Source of the DNA: a virus
IMG/VR virus record: IMGVR_UViG_3300026493_000016
Span: 64,001 to 128,000 of that record
Strand: one strand, 5' to 3'
DNA: 64,000 nucleotides
Shown: piece after piece, positions 46,377 through 56,806 of the stretch
Layout: every line of letters starts with the position of its first letter
Numbering within the stretch: position 1 is the first letter of the stretch
The notes under the pieces: model-generated
What the model saw: the letters and a program-made list of their open reading frames with translations, nothing else
Database searches by the model: none
What the model was told of the DNA's origin: nothing
Made by a program: the position numbers and the translations under genes

Positions 46377-48266
46377 TTACTTTTTTCTCTCCTCTGTTTT
46401 AATTTTAGAAATCCCTGTGTTGTCTTTTGTAACTGTTATAACCTTCTCGAATAATGATTTAAAATGACTAGATTGTGTGATTACGAACACTGTACCAACT
46501 TTATTAGCGATGTCTTTCAATACCTCAATAGATGACTCAATACCTTTTTCATCTAAAGCATCGAAGAACTCATCACATACAACAAAGTTCGTATAGTGTG
46601 ACACGATATCCTGTAATGCAAGAGAAATAGCTAGGTCAGCACGTTTCTTTTCCCCTCCGGATGCTAACTTGTAGTTCTTACCTCCTACACGGTTGGTTAC
46701 CTGCACATCAAACTTGTCCGAGTACGTTTTGTCTTTCTTAAGTGTACGAGTAGTAAAGTTCAGCTCCATGTTTTCCCCTGCTAAACGTTTAAGGAACTCA
46801 TTACCCTTCTTATTAAGCTCTGGTGTAATTAAGTCTAGTACATGAGATTTAACTCCATCGTTAGAGAATACTTTAACAACATCTTCATCTGCTAGTTTCT
46901 CTTTCTCTAGTTCGATAATCTCTTTATCTACCTTATCGATAGCGTCGGACCATTTCTTACGCTCTGCTGTACGTGGCTTTGGCTCCGGTGTTTCTTCTAG
47001 CATTTCTAATCGTGATACAACCGCATCCTTGTTATTCTTTAGTAATTGTAACTGATGCTCATAGTTTCGGATGTTGTTGTCTAGTTTTGTTATATGCTGC
47101 TGCATGCCTTGAATCTGATTTATCACGTCTCGTTGTTCTTTTCGTTTAGCGTCTAGTGCTGCGCTAGCTTTGTCCATAAGACCGGAGTATGGCTGGAACT
47201 TAAGTTCTAATTGCTTTAGCGCGTTAACGACAACTTGTACTTCTGTTTTAATGTTATTCTGTTCTGTTTTAATGTGTGAAACATCTACCTGTGAACCACA
47301 TACTGGACAAATATCTGTAGCATCAAGTGCCTTGTAATTCTTCAATAGTGTTTTCTGTTGCATTCGCAGCTCTTTATCCTTATTCGAGAACTTTTGTAAG
47401 ATGTCTTGAACCTTGGATACTGTCTCTTCCTCTTTACTTGTATCTACATTCGCTATCTCTGCTATTTGTTGCTCGAGTTCTTTCTTTGTATCCCTATCTT
47501 TCTCGATAAGACCAAAATTAGCTGCTGGATAATCGTTTAATTCTTTTACCGCTAGCTCTAATTGCTTACGTCCGTTGATGATATTATTTTTCGTAGATTC
47601 ATAGTTTGCTTTGTCATTCTGCTCCAATACATCAACTTGTGATAGTTCCCATTGCAGCTTCTCTTTTTCTTTCTTCTTATCCTCAATCTTACCTTCTGTC
47701 TCACTAACTTTATCTTTAGCAATCTGCTGCGCTGTAGAGTAGACGTCTAGCTTTAAAACCGACTCTAGTATTTCTTTCTTCTTGCTATCTGTTAAAGATG
47801 CAAAAGAACCAATACCTTCTCCCTGTGCAAATAGAATACTATTGATGAAGGTTAAGTGTGAGATACCGACAAGTTGTTCGATAAGCGTGTCTGTACCTGT
47901 GTTGCTTTTCTCAGTGATGTTAGTTCCATTACGATATACCAGCACCTTATTACCAAACTTACTATGCTTTCTATATCTAGAAATCTCGTAACGGTCATCA
48001 CCATCTCGTCCAATAAGCGTTACTTCAGTATCCTTACCAACCTTGTCATTTACAACGTCGTCACTTCCGCCACCCTTGGAAATCTTATTATATAAAACCC
48101 AACGAATCGGCTCAGCTACTAGAGATGATTTACCTGCTCCATTGGATTCGAACTTATCATCACTCTTATTCTCCCCTTCTATCAAAATAAGACCTTGATT
48201 CTCTAAGGGAATCTCAGCGTCGTTGATAGCTAGGAAGTTCTTTACAATTAACTTCTCCCAAATCAT
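46377..48266 (-). CDS. SbcC/Rad50-like recombination ATPase
   Basis: Walker A SNGAGKS, zinc hook CPVC, signature ASGGE, Walker B CDEFFDALD. Confidence 0.95.
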   Translation of the reverse strand: MIWEKLIVKNFLAINDAEIPLENQGLILIEGENKSDDKFESNGAGKSSLVAEPIRWVLYNKISKGGGSDDVVNDKVGKDTEVTLIGRDGDDRYEISRYRKHSKFGNKVLVYRNGTNITEKSNTGTDTLIEQLVGISHLTFINSILFAQGEGIGSFASLTDSKKKEILESVLKLDVYSTAQQIAKDKVSETEGKIEDKKKEKEKLQWELSQVDVLEQNDKANYESTKNNIINGRKQLELAVKELNDYPAANFGLIEKDRDTKKELEQQIAEIANVDTSKEEETVSKVQDILQKFSNKDKELRMQQKTLLKNYKALDATDICPVCGSQVDVSHIKTEQNNIKTEVQVVVNALKQLELKFQPYSGLMDKASAALDAKRKEQRDVINQIQGMQQHITKLDNNIRNYEHQLQLLKNNKDAVVSRLEMLEETPEPKPRTAERKKWSDAIDKVDKEIIELEKEKLADEDVVKVFSNDGVKSHVLDLITPELNKKGNEFLKRLAGENMELNFTTRTLKKDKTYSDKFDVQVTNRVGGKNYKLASGGEKKRADLAISLALQDIVSHYTNFVVCDEFFDALDEKGIESSIEVLKDIANKVGTVFVITQSSHFKSLFEKVITVTKDNTGISKIKTEERKK

Positions 48267-48445
48267 TCACTTTCCCTCACTTCGTAGTAATTCAAAATAT
48301 CTTCTACGTAACGCTCTATTACATTAGCGTCTACGTACTTACCGTCTAAGCGGCTATACCATCCTGTTCCTTCTTCGAAGAACACTTGCTCTTTGTTGTA
48401 GTACCCATCGATAATTCGTTTCATCATACTTTGGAACTTGTTCAT
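48263..48445 (-). CDS. hypothetical protein
   Basis: AAGGAGG SD, promoter upstream. Confidence 0.6.
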   Translation of the reverse strand: MNKFQSMMKRIIDGYYNKEQVFFEEGTGWYSRLDGKYVDANVIERYVEDILNYYEVRESE

Positions 48446-48474
48446 GTTTCTCCTCCTTTATTTGATGTAAACCA

Positions 48475-48503
48475 AATATATCATAATACCATAAAAAAGT
48501 CAA
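48475..48503 (-). promoter_or_regulatory. sigma-A-type promoter directly after terminator
   Basis: TTGACT-17-TATATT; hairpin AAGACTATT..AATAGTCTT-U run upstream. Confidence 0.65.
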
Positions 48504-48516
48504 GAAAAAAAGACTA

Positions 48517-48897
48517 TTAATTAAAATAGTCTTCGTCCATAGTTCCGTACCAGAAATCATCTTGGTAAGAAACCTTAGAGAATAATGTTCTAAGCCCTGA
48601 GCTATCTTTATCAGGTGTGATGAATAATACTTCGTGAACATAGTAAATTCCATCAATATCTGTAGTTGATGACTCTTCACGGAATTTATCACCAACCTTA
48701 ATCTCATCAAATTGTATGTCATAACCTAATGGTGTAGCTTGGTTTTCTAGTTCTCTAGTAATTAATCTTTGATTTCCAGCTAAAGCATCTAGTGTATCTT
48801 TAGCAAAGATATACGTTCCGTTATTCACCTCTACTTCTAGTTTTTCTTTTAGTTCTTTCTCTTTTTGAGTTAGATACTCCATTCTACTCATTATCAA
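48517..48897 (-). CDS. hypothetical protein between sbcD and sbcC
   Basis: ORF track. Confidence 0.65.
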   Translation of the reverse strand: MIMSRMEYLTQKEKELKEKLEVEVNNGTYIFAKDTLDALAGNQRLITRELENQATPLGYDIQFDEIKVGDKFREESSTTDIDGIYYVHEVLFITPDKDSSGLRTLFSKVSYQDDFWYGTMDEDYFN

Positions 48898-49981
48898 TCT
48901 CCGCCTTTCGTTGTTTTGCCTCTTTAATGATTGCTATCGCCTTACTCTTAGTGTGCGTAAAGAACTCATCCGTATAAGCATCAACAATATCTTCTTCCGT
49001 AGAATCTACCTTAATATCAATACGTACTTCAGATTTAAATTCTCTCTGCACTTCTATACGGGCTGTCGGCACATCCTCTGTAATTGCAGCTACCTCTACA
49101 GCTAGTTCTTGCGGGATGACAAATCGTACATAATGGTCTTTCACGGCTTGTTCAGTATTCTCATCAATCTCAGTGATGGTAATGAACTGCTTATTAGGAA
49201 TTTCAATGAATGTCGGCTTCTCGTAATATTCTCCGTTAACCAAGAACACACCTTTTACTTGTCCCTCATCAGAGAAGCTTTCTTGCAATGTGTTCCCACA
49301 GTACAACGCGTTATCCCAGTTACCGATATATTGTCGTTTATGGTAGTGTCCTAGAATAATATACGTAAACGTGTCTGGATGTAGGTCGGCAATAGAAAAA
49401 GCTCCACCTAATCTATGAGAATGACGTCCCGTCTCACTACCGTCTACACCTAAGTGAGCTACTAACATTGTAAGTTTATCTGACTGCGCTGCATGTTGTG
49501 CAAATCTATCAATCTGGTCTTTCACAAAATCAACATCATCAGAGTACGATACCGGATAGATGGTCACGTTGTCCGTCTGGTAAACTTCAAAGTCATCTAG
49601 TACAAATACATTATCAATTGCTTTGAACTGCTCTAGCGAGTGCTCAGGTATCCTAGATGAGTCAGATTGGTCATGGTTACCTACTACCATAAACAATTCG
49701 ATATCAGGTCGTTTATCCATATTCTCCTTAATAGCATTGAATCCCATATTGAAAACTAGTGATTCTACTCGCTTACGAGCGTGATAGTAGTCTCCAGCAA
49801 ACACGATATGCGCATTATGCTCATCCGCTAATTCAAATATTTTATCAATAGTATTCCACTGAGCTACTAGTCTATCAGTAGCTTCAATGTCCTTACCGTT
49901 GTAATTAAAGATTTGTGGTTTAGCGAATGTACTCCAGTTATGCCAATGGAAATCGGAGAAACAAATAATATTAGTCCGCAT
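48884..49981 (-). CDS. SbcD/Mre11-like nuclease
   Basis: SDFH, AGDYYH, GNHD, GHYH. Confidence 0.93.
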   Translation of the reverse strand: MRTNIICFSDFHWHNWSTFAKPQIFNYNGKDIEATDRLVAQWNTIDKIFELADEHNAHIVFAGDYYHARKRVESLVFNMGFNAIKENMDKRPDIELFMVVGNHDQSDSSRIPEHSLEQFKAIDNVFVLDDFEVYQTDNVTIYPVSYSDDVDFVKDQIDRFAQHAAQSDKLTMLVAHLGVDGSETGRHSHRLGGAFSIADLHPDTFTYIILGHYHKRQYIGNWDNALYCGNTLQESFSDEGQVKGVFLVNGEYYEKPTFIEIPNKQFITITEIDENTEQAVKDHYVRFVIPQELAVEVAAITEDVPTARIEVQREFKSEVRIDIKVDSTEEDIVDAYTDEFFTHTKSKAIAIIKEAKQRKAEIDNE

Positions 49982-50279
49982 TAGGATGCTCCTCCTCTAG
50001 GTGGTAATCTGTTACTGTTATTTCTTTACCACTCTTAAGAGTTAATACAAGAACACCAGATTTACCTCCACGGTAATAATCTTTAATATCTTTCGCCTCG
50101 TAATGGACTTCGTTATTCCCTCGTTTAGCCCACACAGTCACACCGCGCTTCTCTGCAAGTGTCTTTTCTTGTTTCGTAGTACTCTTTTCTTTGTCTTCTG
50201 ACTTACTTGCTGCACAACCAGTTACCACACCTACTAGTAAAGTACTAGATAGTGCTAACGCTGCTAATTTCTTTTTCAT
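49971..50279 (-). CDS. lipoprotein inserted in replication module
   Basis: MKKKLAAL...VTGC lipobox. Confidence 0.75.
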   Translation of the reverse strand: MKKKLAALALSSTLLVGVVTGCAASKSEDKEKSTTKQEKTLAEKRGVTVWAKRGNNEVHYEAKDIKDYYRGGKSGVLVLTLKSGKEITVTDYHLEEEHPNAD

Positions 50280-50280
50280 G

Positions 50281-51759
50281 TTATTTCCCTCCGACTGCTT
50301 TATTTATTTCATCACTTAAGTTAGGCATAGCTATTTTAGTTTGCGACTTCTTATGTCTATCTTTTCCGAATGACAAATCATCATTCTCCGCCTCAGCTAA
50401 TACTGCTTTATGCGCTCGTTCTTCTTCCGAACTTTGATTACCAGAACCTTCATCAAACTTGTAATCCCGTATTAGTTGTCGAGTACCATCTACAACGAAC
50501 CCCAGCATCTTATCATATACTCCTTCTGGAGGGTTACGTACCTTGTCTGCGTACAATCTCAGGAACCCTGCTTTATATTCCTCAGGTATCTGATTGACTA
50601 CTAACACCAATTCACAAGCGTTCTTCTTACGTACTGAACCTTCCATGTGTTCTGATGTTCTGATGATTGCGTTGTAGGCTGAACGGTTTAACTGTGAAGC
50701 TGCCCAAGTTACTACGTTAAAGTCTTGTGCTACACGTCGAACCTCTTCAAATAGTTTACCACCATCATCAGATTCATTACCTGTTGCATTAGGGTTACGT
50801 AGTAGTTCTGGATAATCGATAATCAATACATCCACTGGAATACCTAAACGTAACATCGCATCGGATAATAACTGCTCAATCTTTGCTAGTGTAATAGTCT
50901 GTGGTGAATAACGAGAGAATAGTAAGTTTCCTAACTTACCTTTAAGTTTGGTATAGATAGCTTGTCTTTTCTTAAACTTATCTTCGTCTAGATTATCTCC
51001 GTCGATAATATCTCCACGAGTCTGAGATAGCATAGATTGCTCGAATCGTAGCGTCATACGGTCTTTCTTTTCCTCTAAAGCTACATACAGAACGTTATAA
51101 CCTTTTTTAACGTACATCGTAGCTAGGTTAGTCATAAATAACGTTTTACCGGAACCAGATAAAGCTGCAATTAACCCTAGCTCACCTTTAGCTAATCCTC
51201 CACCGTTAAGTCTGTCTAAGTCTCTAAATCCAGTTGAAATAGTGTTACTTTGTATTGCTGATAGGAGTGCTCGTTTCTCCATCTCATCATAAAGCACGTT
51301 AAAGATTTCGTTTTGTCCTCCAGTTACGTCTAACGCCTCGACATCACGAAGGTCATCGATAACCTTTTTCTGGAACTCTTCGTCATCTAGTCGCATAGCC
51401 GACTTCTTTAGAATATCAAGACGCAAGTGTTTTTTAATGTGAGCTTCGATAGACTCATCGATTACACTATCATCACTCATATCTCGAATCTCGTAAAGGC
51501 TAGATACTGCCTCGTAATATTTCTGTTGTTTCTCTGCATCCGCTCGTTGTCTATCTAGTTTTTGCTCCACTAATGATAGTAACGTAGACTCTGTAGCAAG
51601 AGACGAATTGCTCTTGTAAAAATGTTGGATGACCTGAGAAATCTCTACATACATGTGGTTCTCTTCCAGTGTTGATTTAGGAAGTAAAGGTAAAATCTCC
51701 TTCGCAAATGAAGGTGACTCTACCCCTTTCCTAAGTATTTCTTTAATAATTGGTTTCAT
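50281..51759 (-). CDS. DnaB-like replicative helicase
   Basis: TGFRDLD..GGL, ALSGSGKT, IIDY, ASQLNR, KVRN. Confidence 0.93.
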   Translation of the reverse strand: MKPIIKEILRKGVESPSFAKEILPLLPKSTLEENHMYVEISQVIQHFYKSNSSLATESTLLSLVEQKLDRQRADAEKQQKYYEAVSSLYEIRDMSDDSVIDESIEAHIKKHLRLDILKKSAMRLDDEEFQKKVIDDLRDVEALDVTGGQNEIFNVLYDEMEKRALLSAIQSNTISTGFRDLDRLNGGGLAKGELGLIAALSGSGKTLFMTNLATMYVKKGYNVLYVALEEKKDRMTLRFEQSMLSQTRGDIIDGDNLDEDKFKKRQAIYTKLKGKLGNLLFSRYSPQTITLAKIEQLLSDAMLRLGIPVDVLIIDYPELLRNPNATGNESDDGGKLFEEVRRVAQDFNVVTWAASQLNRSAYNAIIRTSEHMEGSVRKKNACELVLVVNQIPEEYKAGFLRLYADKVRNPPEGVYDKMLGFVVDGTRQLIRDYKFDEGSGNQSSEEERAHKAVLAEAENDDLSFGKDRHKKSQTKIAMPNLSDEINKAVGGK

Positions 51760-51787
51760 TAAATCTCCCCTCTCCTAGTATGTTACT

Positions 51788-51816
51788 ACTATACCATACT
51801 TTTAAACTAATGTCAA
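51788..51816 (-). promoter_or_regulatory. sigma-A-type promoter
   Basis: TTGACA-17-TATAGT with TG. Confidence 0.75.
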
Positions 51817-52076
51817 CCAAAACCTTGACTTGTAACCCACATTATGATATGTCTACCATGTTCGTAGCACTCATGGGGGATACACTCTTTATATTCGTCA
51901 TTAAATACATACCCACCATGCCACCAATCATCAAACATCGTTGCAGCCTCGTATGAATGTTTTAGCGCTTCCGCATACGCTTCTTTATATTTAGCTTCGT
52001 AAATAATAGCAGTCTCTCTGTTTAACTTTTCCATCTGTTCATCACTAAGCTCCCCAGTAGTAATAAGTATTACCAT
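51813..52076 (-). CDS. hypothetical protein
   Basis: ORF track. Confidence 0.55.
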   Translation of the reverse strand: MVILITTGELSDEQMEKLNRETAIIYEAKYKEAYAEALKHSYEAATMFDDWWHGGYVFNDEYKECIPHECYEHGRHIIMWVTSQGFG

Positions 52077-53869
52077 AGTTTCATCTCCTCATCAATAGCT
52101 GATTGAATATCATCAGATAATGTAGATTCCTTCTTAATCTGTTCTGCTTTAATCTCATCACGCTTTAAGTCTAGTTCCGTTTTCTTGATGCTATACTTAG
52201 GTGTGTAGCCATCTATATTAGAAATAAAGCTCTCTTGTTCTAGTACAAATGGGGAGAACTCACGAGTAATCGCGTCTATATCTAGCTGACTAAATTTAGT
52301 TACAGGTACTGTGTTGAATCCGACTTCCTTAAACGCCGAATGTAGGTTGTCCCATGAAATATAATTACCTTTATACTCTTGGATTAGGTCCACAAGATTA
52401 AAGTAATTACGGTATTCGTCAATTTGAACCATGTCGCGTAACACGGTATTCCATTCAGACATTGTACCTTCTGCGTTAGGTAAGATGTACTTTCCGATTG
52501 TGTGACAAACTTTGTTATACCAATCTGTATCTTTGTTAATTGCTGACGTAGGGTTATCGTGCTTTGTCGAATTGCTCAGGTCCGCCAAAGTAGTACTAAA
52601 CATAGCCGACATAAATAGTTCTGTCTTGCTAACATCTCGTGTTCCTCTTGTTAATAATAACGTTTGACGTACGATGAAATCTTTAATAGTTCGTTGTGTC
52701 TCTTCACTAATACCTTTAGCTATCATCGTCTCACTAACACTATTGAAGTAGTTTAGCATACTTAATCCTTTATTTGTTGTAGGAGTAAAGAATGCGTCGT
52801 ACTTATTTTCTAACGTGTAGTTACTGTAATTAGTAGAAGATAACGCGTAATTACACATACGCACTATAACATCAAACTCGTACTTGTCGTAATTTGCTGC
52901 AACCTTCCAGTGTCGGAGCTCACCTTTGTCACAGTACTTAATATGATTCTTGTAAATCTCCATACCCTCAGAAGATTTAAGTGTACTTAAGTAAGGTAGT
53001 GAGTTATTCTTACCACCGAGTCTACCTGTAACAAGTGCATATCTATTCATCTGCGCGCTAAGGTACGTACCAATATCAATACCTTCCTCATCACACATCT
53101 TAATGAAGTTCTTGAAGTACGTCATTTCTTTAGAACCGAATACACCATCCTTGAACGGTGAGTAGTTTTGATTGATTTGAGGGATTTTACGGGTCATAAC
53201 AATGTACGAGCTATCCTCTTTATTCGATTCTACATTCTTCTCGTGACGTTTATTATGAGTTTCGATAGCTAGGTAAGCATAACGAGTGTACATAATGGAC
53301 ACAATGTACGCTTTAAAATCCTCTACTGCGGTAGGTGACTTCTTAAATGTATCCCATCTAGGAATAACACCTTCAATAATATCGTTGTTTGCTAGATTAT
53401 AAGCACTATCAACAGCACGGCGTTTCAATAAATCAGCTTCAATTTGCTTACTGTTACGACGCTTACGGTCAGTTTTAGGTTTACGTTTTGGAGCCATAGC
53501 TAATACTTCACCTTTAATTTCGTCTGTAGTACGTTGCTCAGGTTTCGTACCGTTAACTAAAGATGATTCTTCAGACGTAGCAAACTGAACAAACTCTTGA
53601 TTGAACACGACTAATGTCTTTCCTCCACGACCGGATTTAGACTCAACATCGCATACGCCCATCTCTTTAAGTTTGTTTAACTGCGTGCTAATAGTACTAA
53701 CAGACTTACCGACTAATTTACTCATCTCAGTCTTCGTCATTAGTACAGTCTTATCGATTGTTGTTTTAGCTATTTCTGTTAGCTCAACCAGTAATTGGTG
53801 ACAGCTAACCCCACCATTCTTAAGGAATGATGTATTAATATATATACCTTGATTCATAGTAGTTTCCAT
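52070..53869 (-). CDS. Rep-like/replication protein with N-terminal winged HTH (Herelleviridae core)
   Basis: TKTEMSKLVGKSVSTISTQLNKLKEMG...SGRGG wing; between the two helicases. Confidence 0.78.
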   Translation of the reverse strand: METTMNQGIYINTSFLKNGGVSCHQLLVELTEIAKTTIDKTVLMTKTEMSKLVGKSVSTISTQLNKLKEMGVCDVESKSGRGGKTLVVFNQEFVQFATSEESSLVNGTKPEQRTTDEIKGEVLAMAPKRKPKTDRKRRNSKQIEADLLKRRAVDSAYNLANNDIIEGVIPRWDTFKKSPTAVEDFKAYIVSIMYTRYAYLAIETHNKRHEKNVESNKEDSSYIVMTRKIPQINQNYSPFKDGVFGSKEMTYFKNFIKMCDEEGIDIGTYLSAQMNRYALVTGRLGGKNNSLPYLSTLKSSEGMEIYKNHIKYCDKGELRHWKVAANYDKYEFDVIVRMCNYALSSTNYSNYTLENKYDAFFTPTTNKGLSMLNYFNSVSETMIAKGISEETQRTIKDFIVRQTLLLTRGTRDVSKTELFMSAMFSTTLADLSNSTKHDNPTSAINKDTDWYNKVCHTIGKYILPNAEGTMSEWNTVLRDMVQIDEYRNYFNLVDLIQEYKGNYISWDNLHSAFKEVGFNTVPVTKFSQLDIDAITREFSPFVLEQESFISNIDGYTPKYSIKKTELDLKRDEIKAEQIKKESTLSDDIQSAIDEEMKLW

Positions 53870-53889
53870 GTTCTCTTCTCCTTATTATT

Positions 53890-54003
53890 TAGTTATACAC
53901 CCTAGATAGATTTGTAACATAGACAGTATAGCACATTTGTTAGTAATTGTCAAGATGTTTTGTGAATTGTCTGTTAAAGGACGTATTTAGTTGTGTATAA
54001 CTA
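53890..54003. repeat. 11-bp inverted repeat bracketing the rep promoter
   Basis: TAGTTATACAC (53890-53900) / GTGTATAACTA (53993-54003); promoter TTGACA-17-TATACT at 53925-53953 between them. Confidence 0.6.
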
Positions 54004-54016
54004 TTATAACACAGGA

Positions 54017-54850
54017 TTAAAACTCAAGGTTTTCCTCGTCCATGAACTTCTTGTCAAAGTAGAATTTACCCATAAGCTTGTCCACTACTCCGTGGAAGTA
54101 AGCGAATATAGATTTATTGAATCGTGTACCAGATTTCATTTTCATAACTAGTTCTTTAAGCGCGATGTAACCAATATGGGCTTCTTGCTCTTTGTTGAAT
54201 GCTGCTGTCGTGTTGTTTTGTAACACTACTCTCCATAGTTCTTCGATTGTTTTCGCTTTAGAGAAATAAGAGTTTGCTAGATTAGTGAAACGTGGATTTA
54301 CCCAGTGAGCTACAAATTCCGCACTCTTTAAGTTGTTTAATGTATCTTCAGTAGAGATATTATTATTACGTTGTTTATATGTTTTAAATGTTTTTGTTTT
54401 AAGGTCTTGAGTGGTTGTTTTTTTAGCCGGACATTTAACAGGTGTTTTTGCAGGTTCCTTGTTGGACTCTTCCTCTTTTACGATTGGTAGAATAGTAACG
54501 ATATTTGATGTCTGTCTCATATCTGATGGGCGCTTCATATCGTATTCTTTTACCATACCTAAATCACGAAGACGAATCATTAATCGTTGAATCGTTTTAT
54601 AGCTAACTTCTAAAATCTTAGACATAGAACGTTTTGTTAAAAAGCTCACGCCAAAGTACTTGCAGCTGTGCTCCTTAATAATCATGATAAGTTTCGATAA
54701 GTTTTGCTTCATATCCCCGCGGATATCTAATTTCTTAATATCATCACGGTAAACACGAACTACCTCGTTCATCTCTTCTACATTTTTAAATGTTACTAAA
54801 CTATTATACGTTTCCTCACATGCAACTAACTCGATGTTTGCTTTAGCCAT
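54017..54850 (-). CDS. winged-HTH protein resembling Bacillus plasmid/prophage replication initiators
   Basis: HSCKYFGVSFLTKRSMSKILEVSYKTIQRLMIRLRDLGMV..R....Q.SN, Lys/Thr-rich linker, C-terminal helical domain FAYFHGVV. Confidence 0.65.
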   Translation of the reverse strand: MAKANIELVACEETYNSLVTFKNVEEMNEVVRVYRDDIKKLDIRGDMKQNLSKLIMIIKEHSCKYFGVSFLTKRSMSKILEVSYKTIQRLMIRLRDLGMVKEYDMKRPSDMRQTSNIVTILPIVKEEESNKEPAKTPVKCPAKKTTTQDLKTKTFKTYKQRNNNISTEDTLNNLKSAEFVAHWVNPRFTNLANSYFSKAKTIEELWRVVLQNNTTAAFNKEQEAHIGYIALKELVMKMKSGTRFNKSIFAYFHGVVDKLMGKFYFDKKFMDEENLEF

Positions 54851-54887
54851 CTGTAACTACCTCCGTTGTTTTTGTAATATAATACGA

Positions 54888-54930
54888 AGTATATAATAGA
54901 AAAAGAGAAATAGCAACAACTATTTCTCTT
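54888..54930 (-). promoter_or_regulatory. promoter with -35 inside the helicase terminator
   Basis: AAGAGAAATAG-TTGTTG-CTATTTCTCTT-U; TTGCTA-17-TATACT. Confidence 0.6.
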
Positions 54931-54946
54931 AGTAGGACAATTACTA

Positions 54947-56716
54947 TTAAATTTTAACTAGTTTCACATCGAATTTCTCTTCTTTGTATAGACGTAAACG
55001 TTCTTTACTGTGGGATTTTAGTATGCGGTGAGTCATGTCAACAAAATCGAAAATTACAGTTTGGTTTCCGTCAACTCCGTTAAGTCGAAGTCCACGACCG
55101 ATACGTTGTAAAATTTGTCTCATAGATTTACCACCGTTCAGTAGAACCATACATCCAATTGAGTTAATTGAGATACCCTCATCGATAATCGTAGATGCTA
55201 CTAAGAAGTGTAACTCGTTATTATCGAATCTAGTTAACAGTTCGGTACGCTCTTCCAGTGTTAGGTCACCGTTAAGGAATCCAACTTCGTAACCTTTTTC
55301 TTGCAACATTGCGACAGCTCTGTTACCATGTTCAATATGAGTAACCGTTAGAACGACTCCGGCTTTCTTAGCTTCATAGAATGTCACTGCCATCTTAACG
55401 CCTAATCCAGTACGGTAATCATTTTCTGCGATACCGACTTTGTAGGCTTCTAGATAGTTCTCGGCAAGTTCAATATTTCGTGGTTCCTTAACTTCTAATA
55501 CTCGGATTCTAGGTTTAGAAGATATACCACGTTCAATCATCTCAGCGTTCGACACCTTTGCAATGATATTACCGAACAACGCTTCTAGTCGATGACACAT
55601 AATCGTATCTTTCGGGTCAACCGTACCCGTTAATCCGATACGGTATTGTGCATTTTCCATAGCTAGCGCATTGTTGTACCAAGTATCACCTTTCGCACGT
55701 TGACACTCGTCGGCAATTAGTACACGTACAGAGTTAACAAAGTCATTCGCTTGTTTCCACTTATCGAAGTTCTTCTTATTCTTCTTCTCTAACACTTTCT
55801 CGAATTTAACTTTGAACCCCATAAGCTCCATCTGTACTTTAGCTTGTGAGTACGTGTTATCGTAAGCTAGTACTGTAAGAGCTTCTTCAATTTCTAAATC
55901 ATTCTTCGTTTTAGGCGTCCAGTTCTTCAAGAAGTTTTTAATGAGAGTTTTTGTGTTAACTGTTCCAATGAATCTAGGGGCAATGTCCTCACTCATCTTC
56001 TTGAACATTCGTTCCTTAGCTGTTAGTGATACACCCTTCTTCGGGTCCGATAATGCAGATGCAAGTGAAGGGCTCATTGCGAATACTAGTTTCTTATTCT
56101 TCACATCGAATTTACCCTCACCGATTAAACCTGTTTCTTTAATGTCAATACCCAAACCTTCACAAATAGATTCACGTGCTTGCTGCAAGATATCTTTTGA
56201 GTGAACCATGAAGCATATTCTCTCATCTCTGTCAAGTAGTGGCTGAAGTATCTTGATTAATCCTGTTGCTTGGAATGTTTTACCTGCGTTTGTTGCTAGA
56301 TTGACAACTCCGGTTTGTTCTGCTAGGGACTGTTTAACCGATGCATATTGGTAATCGTGAAGCGTGAGCACTTCACCCTTTTTCAAAACTGTGATTTCCT
56401 CATCGATAGAATCTTGGTGAATCAGTGGTGACGGTCTATCATCTTCAATGGTATATGTCAACATTTTTATATATGTCTGCATGTGACGGATACCTTCTAG
56501 GAACTTATCAAGAAACCCAGTAGGGAATTTATCGTTCTTCATATCATAGTAGTCTGTAATTCCGTCCCAGTGTCCTAGCTTGTATACTCGTGAATGAAGT
56601 GCTTTCGGGTCCTTTAATCCAAGTTGATGATGCATGTAGTCTCTTACTTCATCTTGTAGTTTTACGTTATTCTGGAAGTCTACTGTTGTGTAGCTATTAC
56701 CTACCTTAATTATCAT
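54947..56716 (-). CDS. superfamily 2 DNA helicase (UvsW-like)
   Basis: DYQ, ATNAGKT, DECQ, GLTGT, EGISI, QRIGRGLR. Confidence 0.95.
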   Translation of the reverse strand: MIIKVGNSYTTVDFQNNVKLQDEVRDYMHHQLGLKDPKALHSRVYKLGHWDGITDYYDMKNDKFPTGFLDKFLEGIRHMQTYIKMLTYTIEDDRPSPLIHQDSIDEEITVLKKGEVLTLHDYQYASVKQSLAEQTGVVNLATNAGKTFQATGLIKILQPLLDRDERICFMVHSKDILQQARESICEGLGIDIKETGLIGEGKFDVKNKKLVFAMSPSLASALSDPKKGVSLTAKERMFKKMSEDIAPRFIGTVNTKTLIKNFLKNWTPKTKNDLEIEEALTVLAYDNTYSQAKVQMELMGFKVKFEKVLEKKNKKNFDKWKQANDFVNSVRVLIADECQRAKGDTWYNNALAMENAQYRIGLTGTVDPKDTIMCHRLEALFGNIIAKVSNAEMIERGISSKPRIRVLEVKEPRNIELAENYLEAYKVGIAENDYRTGLGVKMAVTFYEAKKAGVVLTVTHIEHGNRAVAMLQEKGYEVGFLNGDLTLEERTELLTRFDNNELHFLVASTIIDEGISINSIGCMVLLNGGKSMRQILQRIGRGLRLNGVDGNQTVIFDFVDMTHRILKSHSKERLRLYKEEKFDVKLVKI

Positions 56717-56774
56717 TTAACTCTCTCCTCTTCTTTTGTATAAATTAAGTATAGCAGAGTTAAAATTTATAAAG

Positions 56775-56806
56775 AAAAAAGAGTCCACTAAGTAGTGGGC
56801 TCTTTT
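56775..56806 (-). terminator. terminator ending the structural operon
   Basis: AAAAGAGCCCACTA-CT-TAGTGGACTCTTTTTT; TGCTATACT -10 follows at 56748-56756. Confidence 0.75.

Noticed and set aside
48354-48722. Minus-strand alternative-frame ORFs (also 12892-13119)
   Set aside because: Overlap better-supported genes; 48354-48722 also crosses a terminator/promoter; no SD
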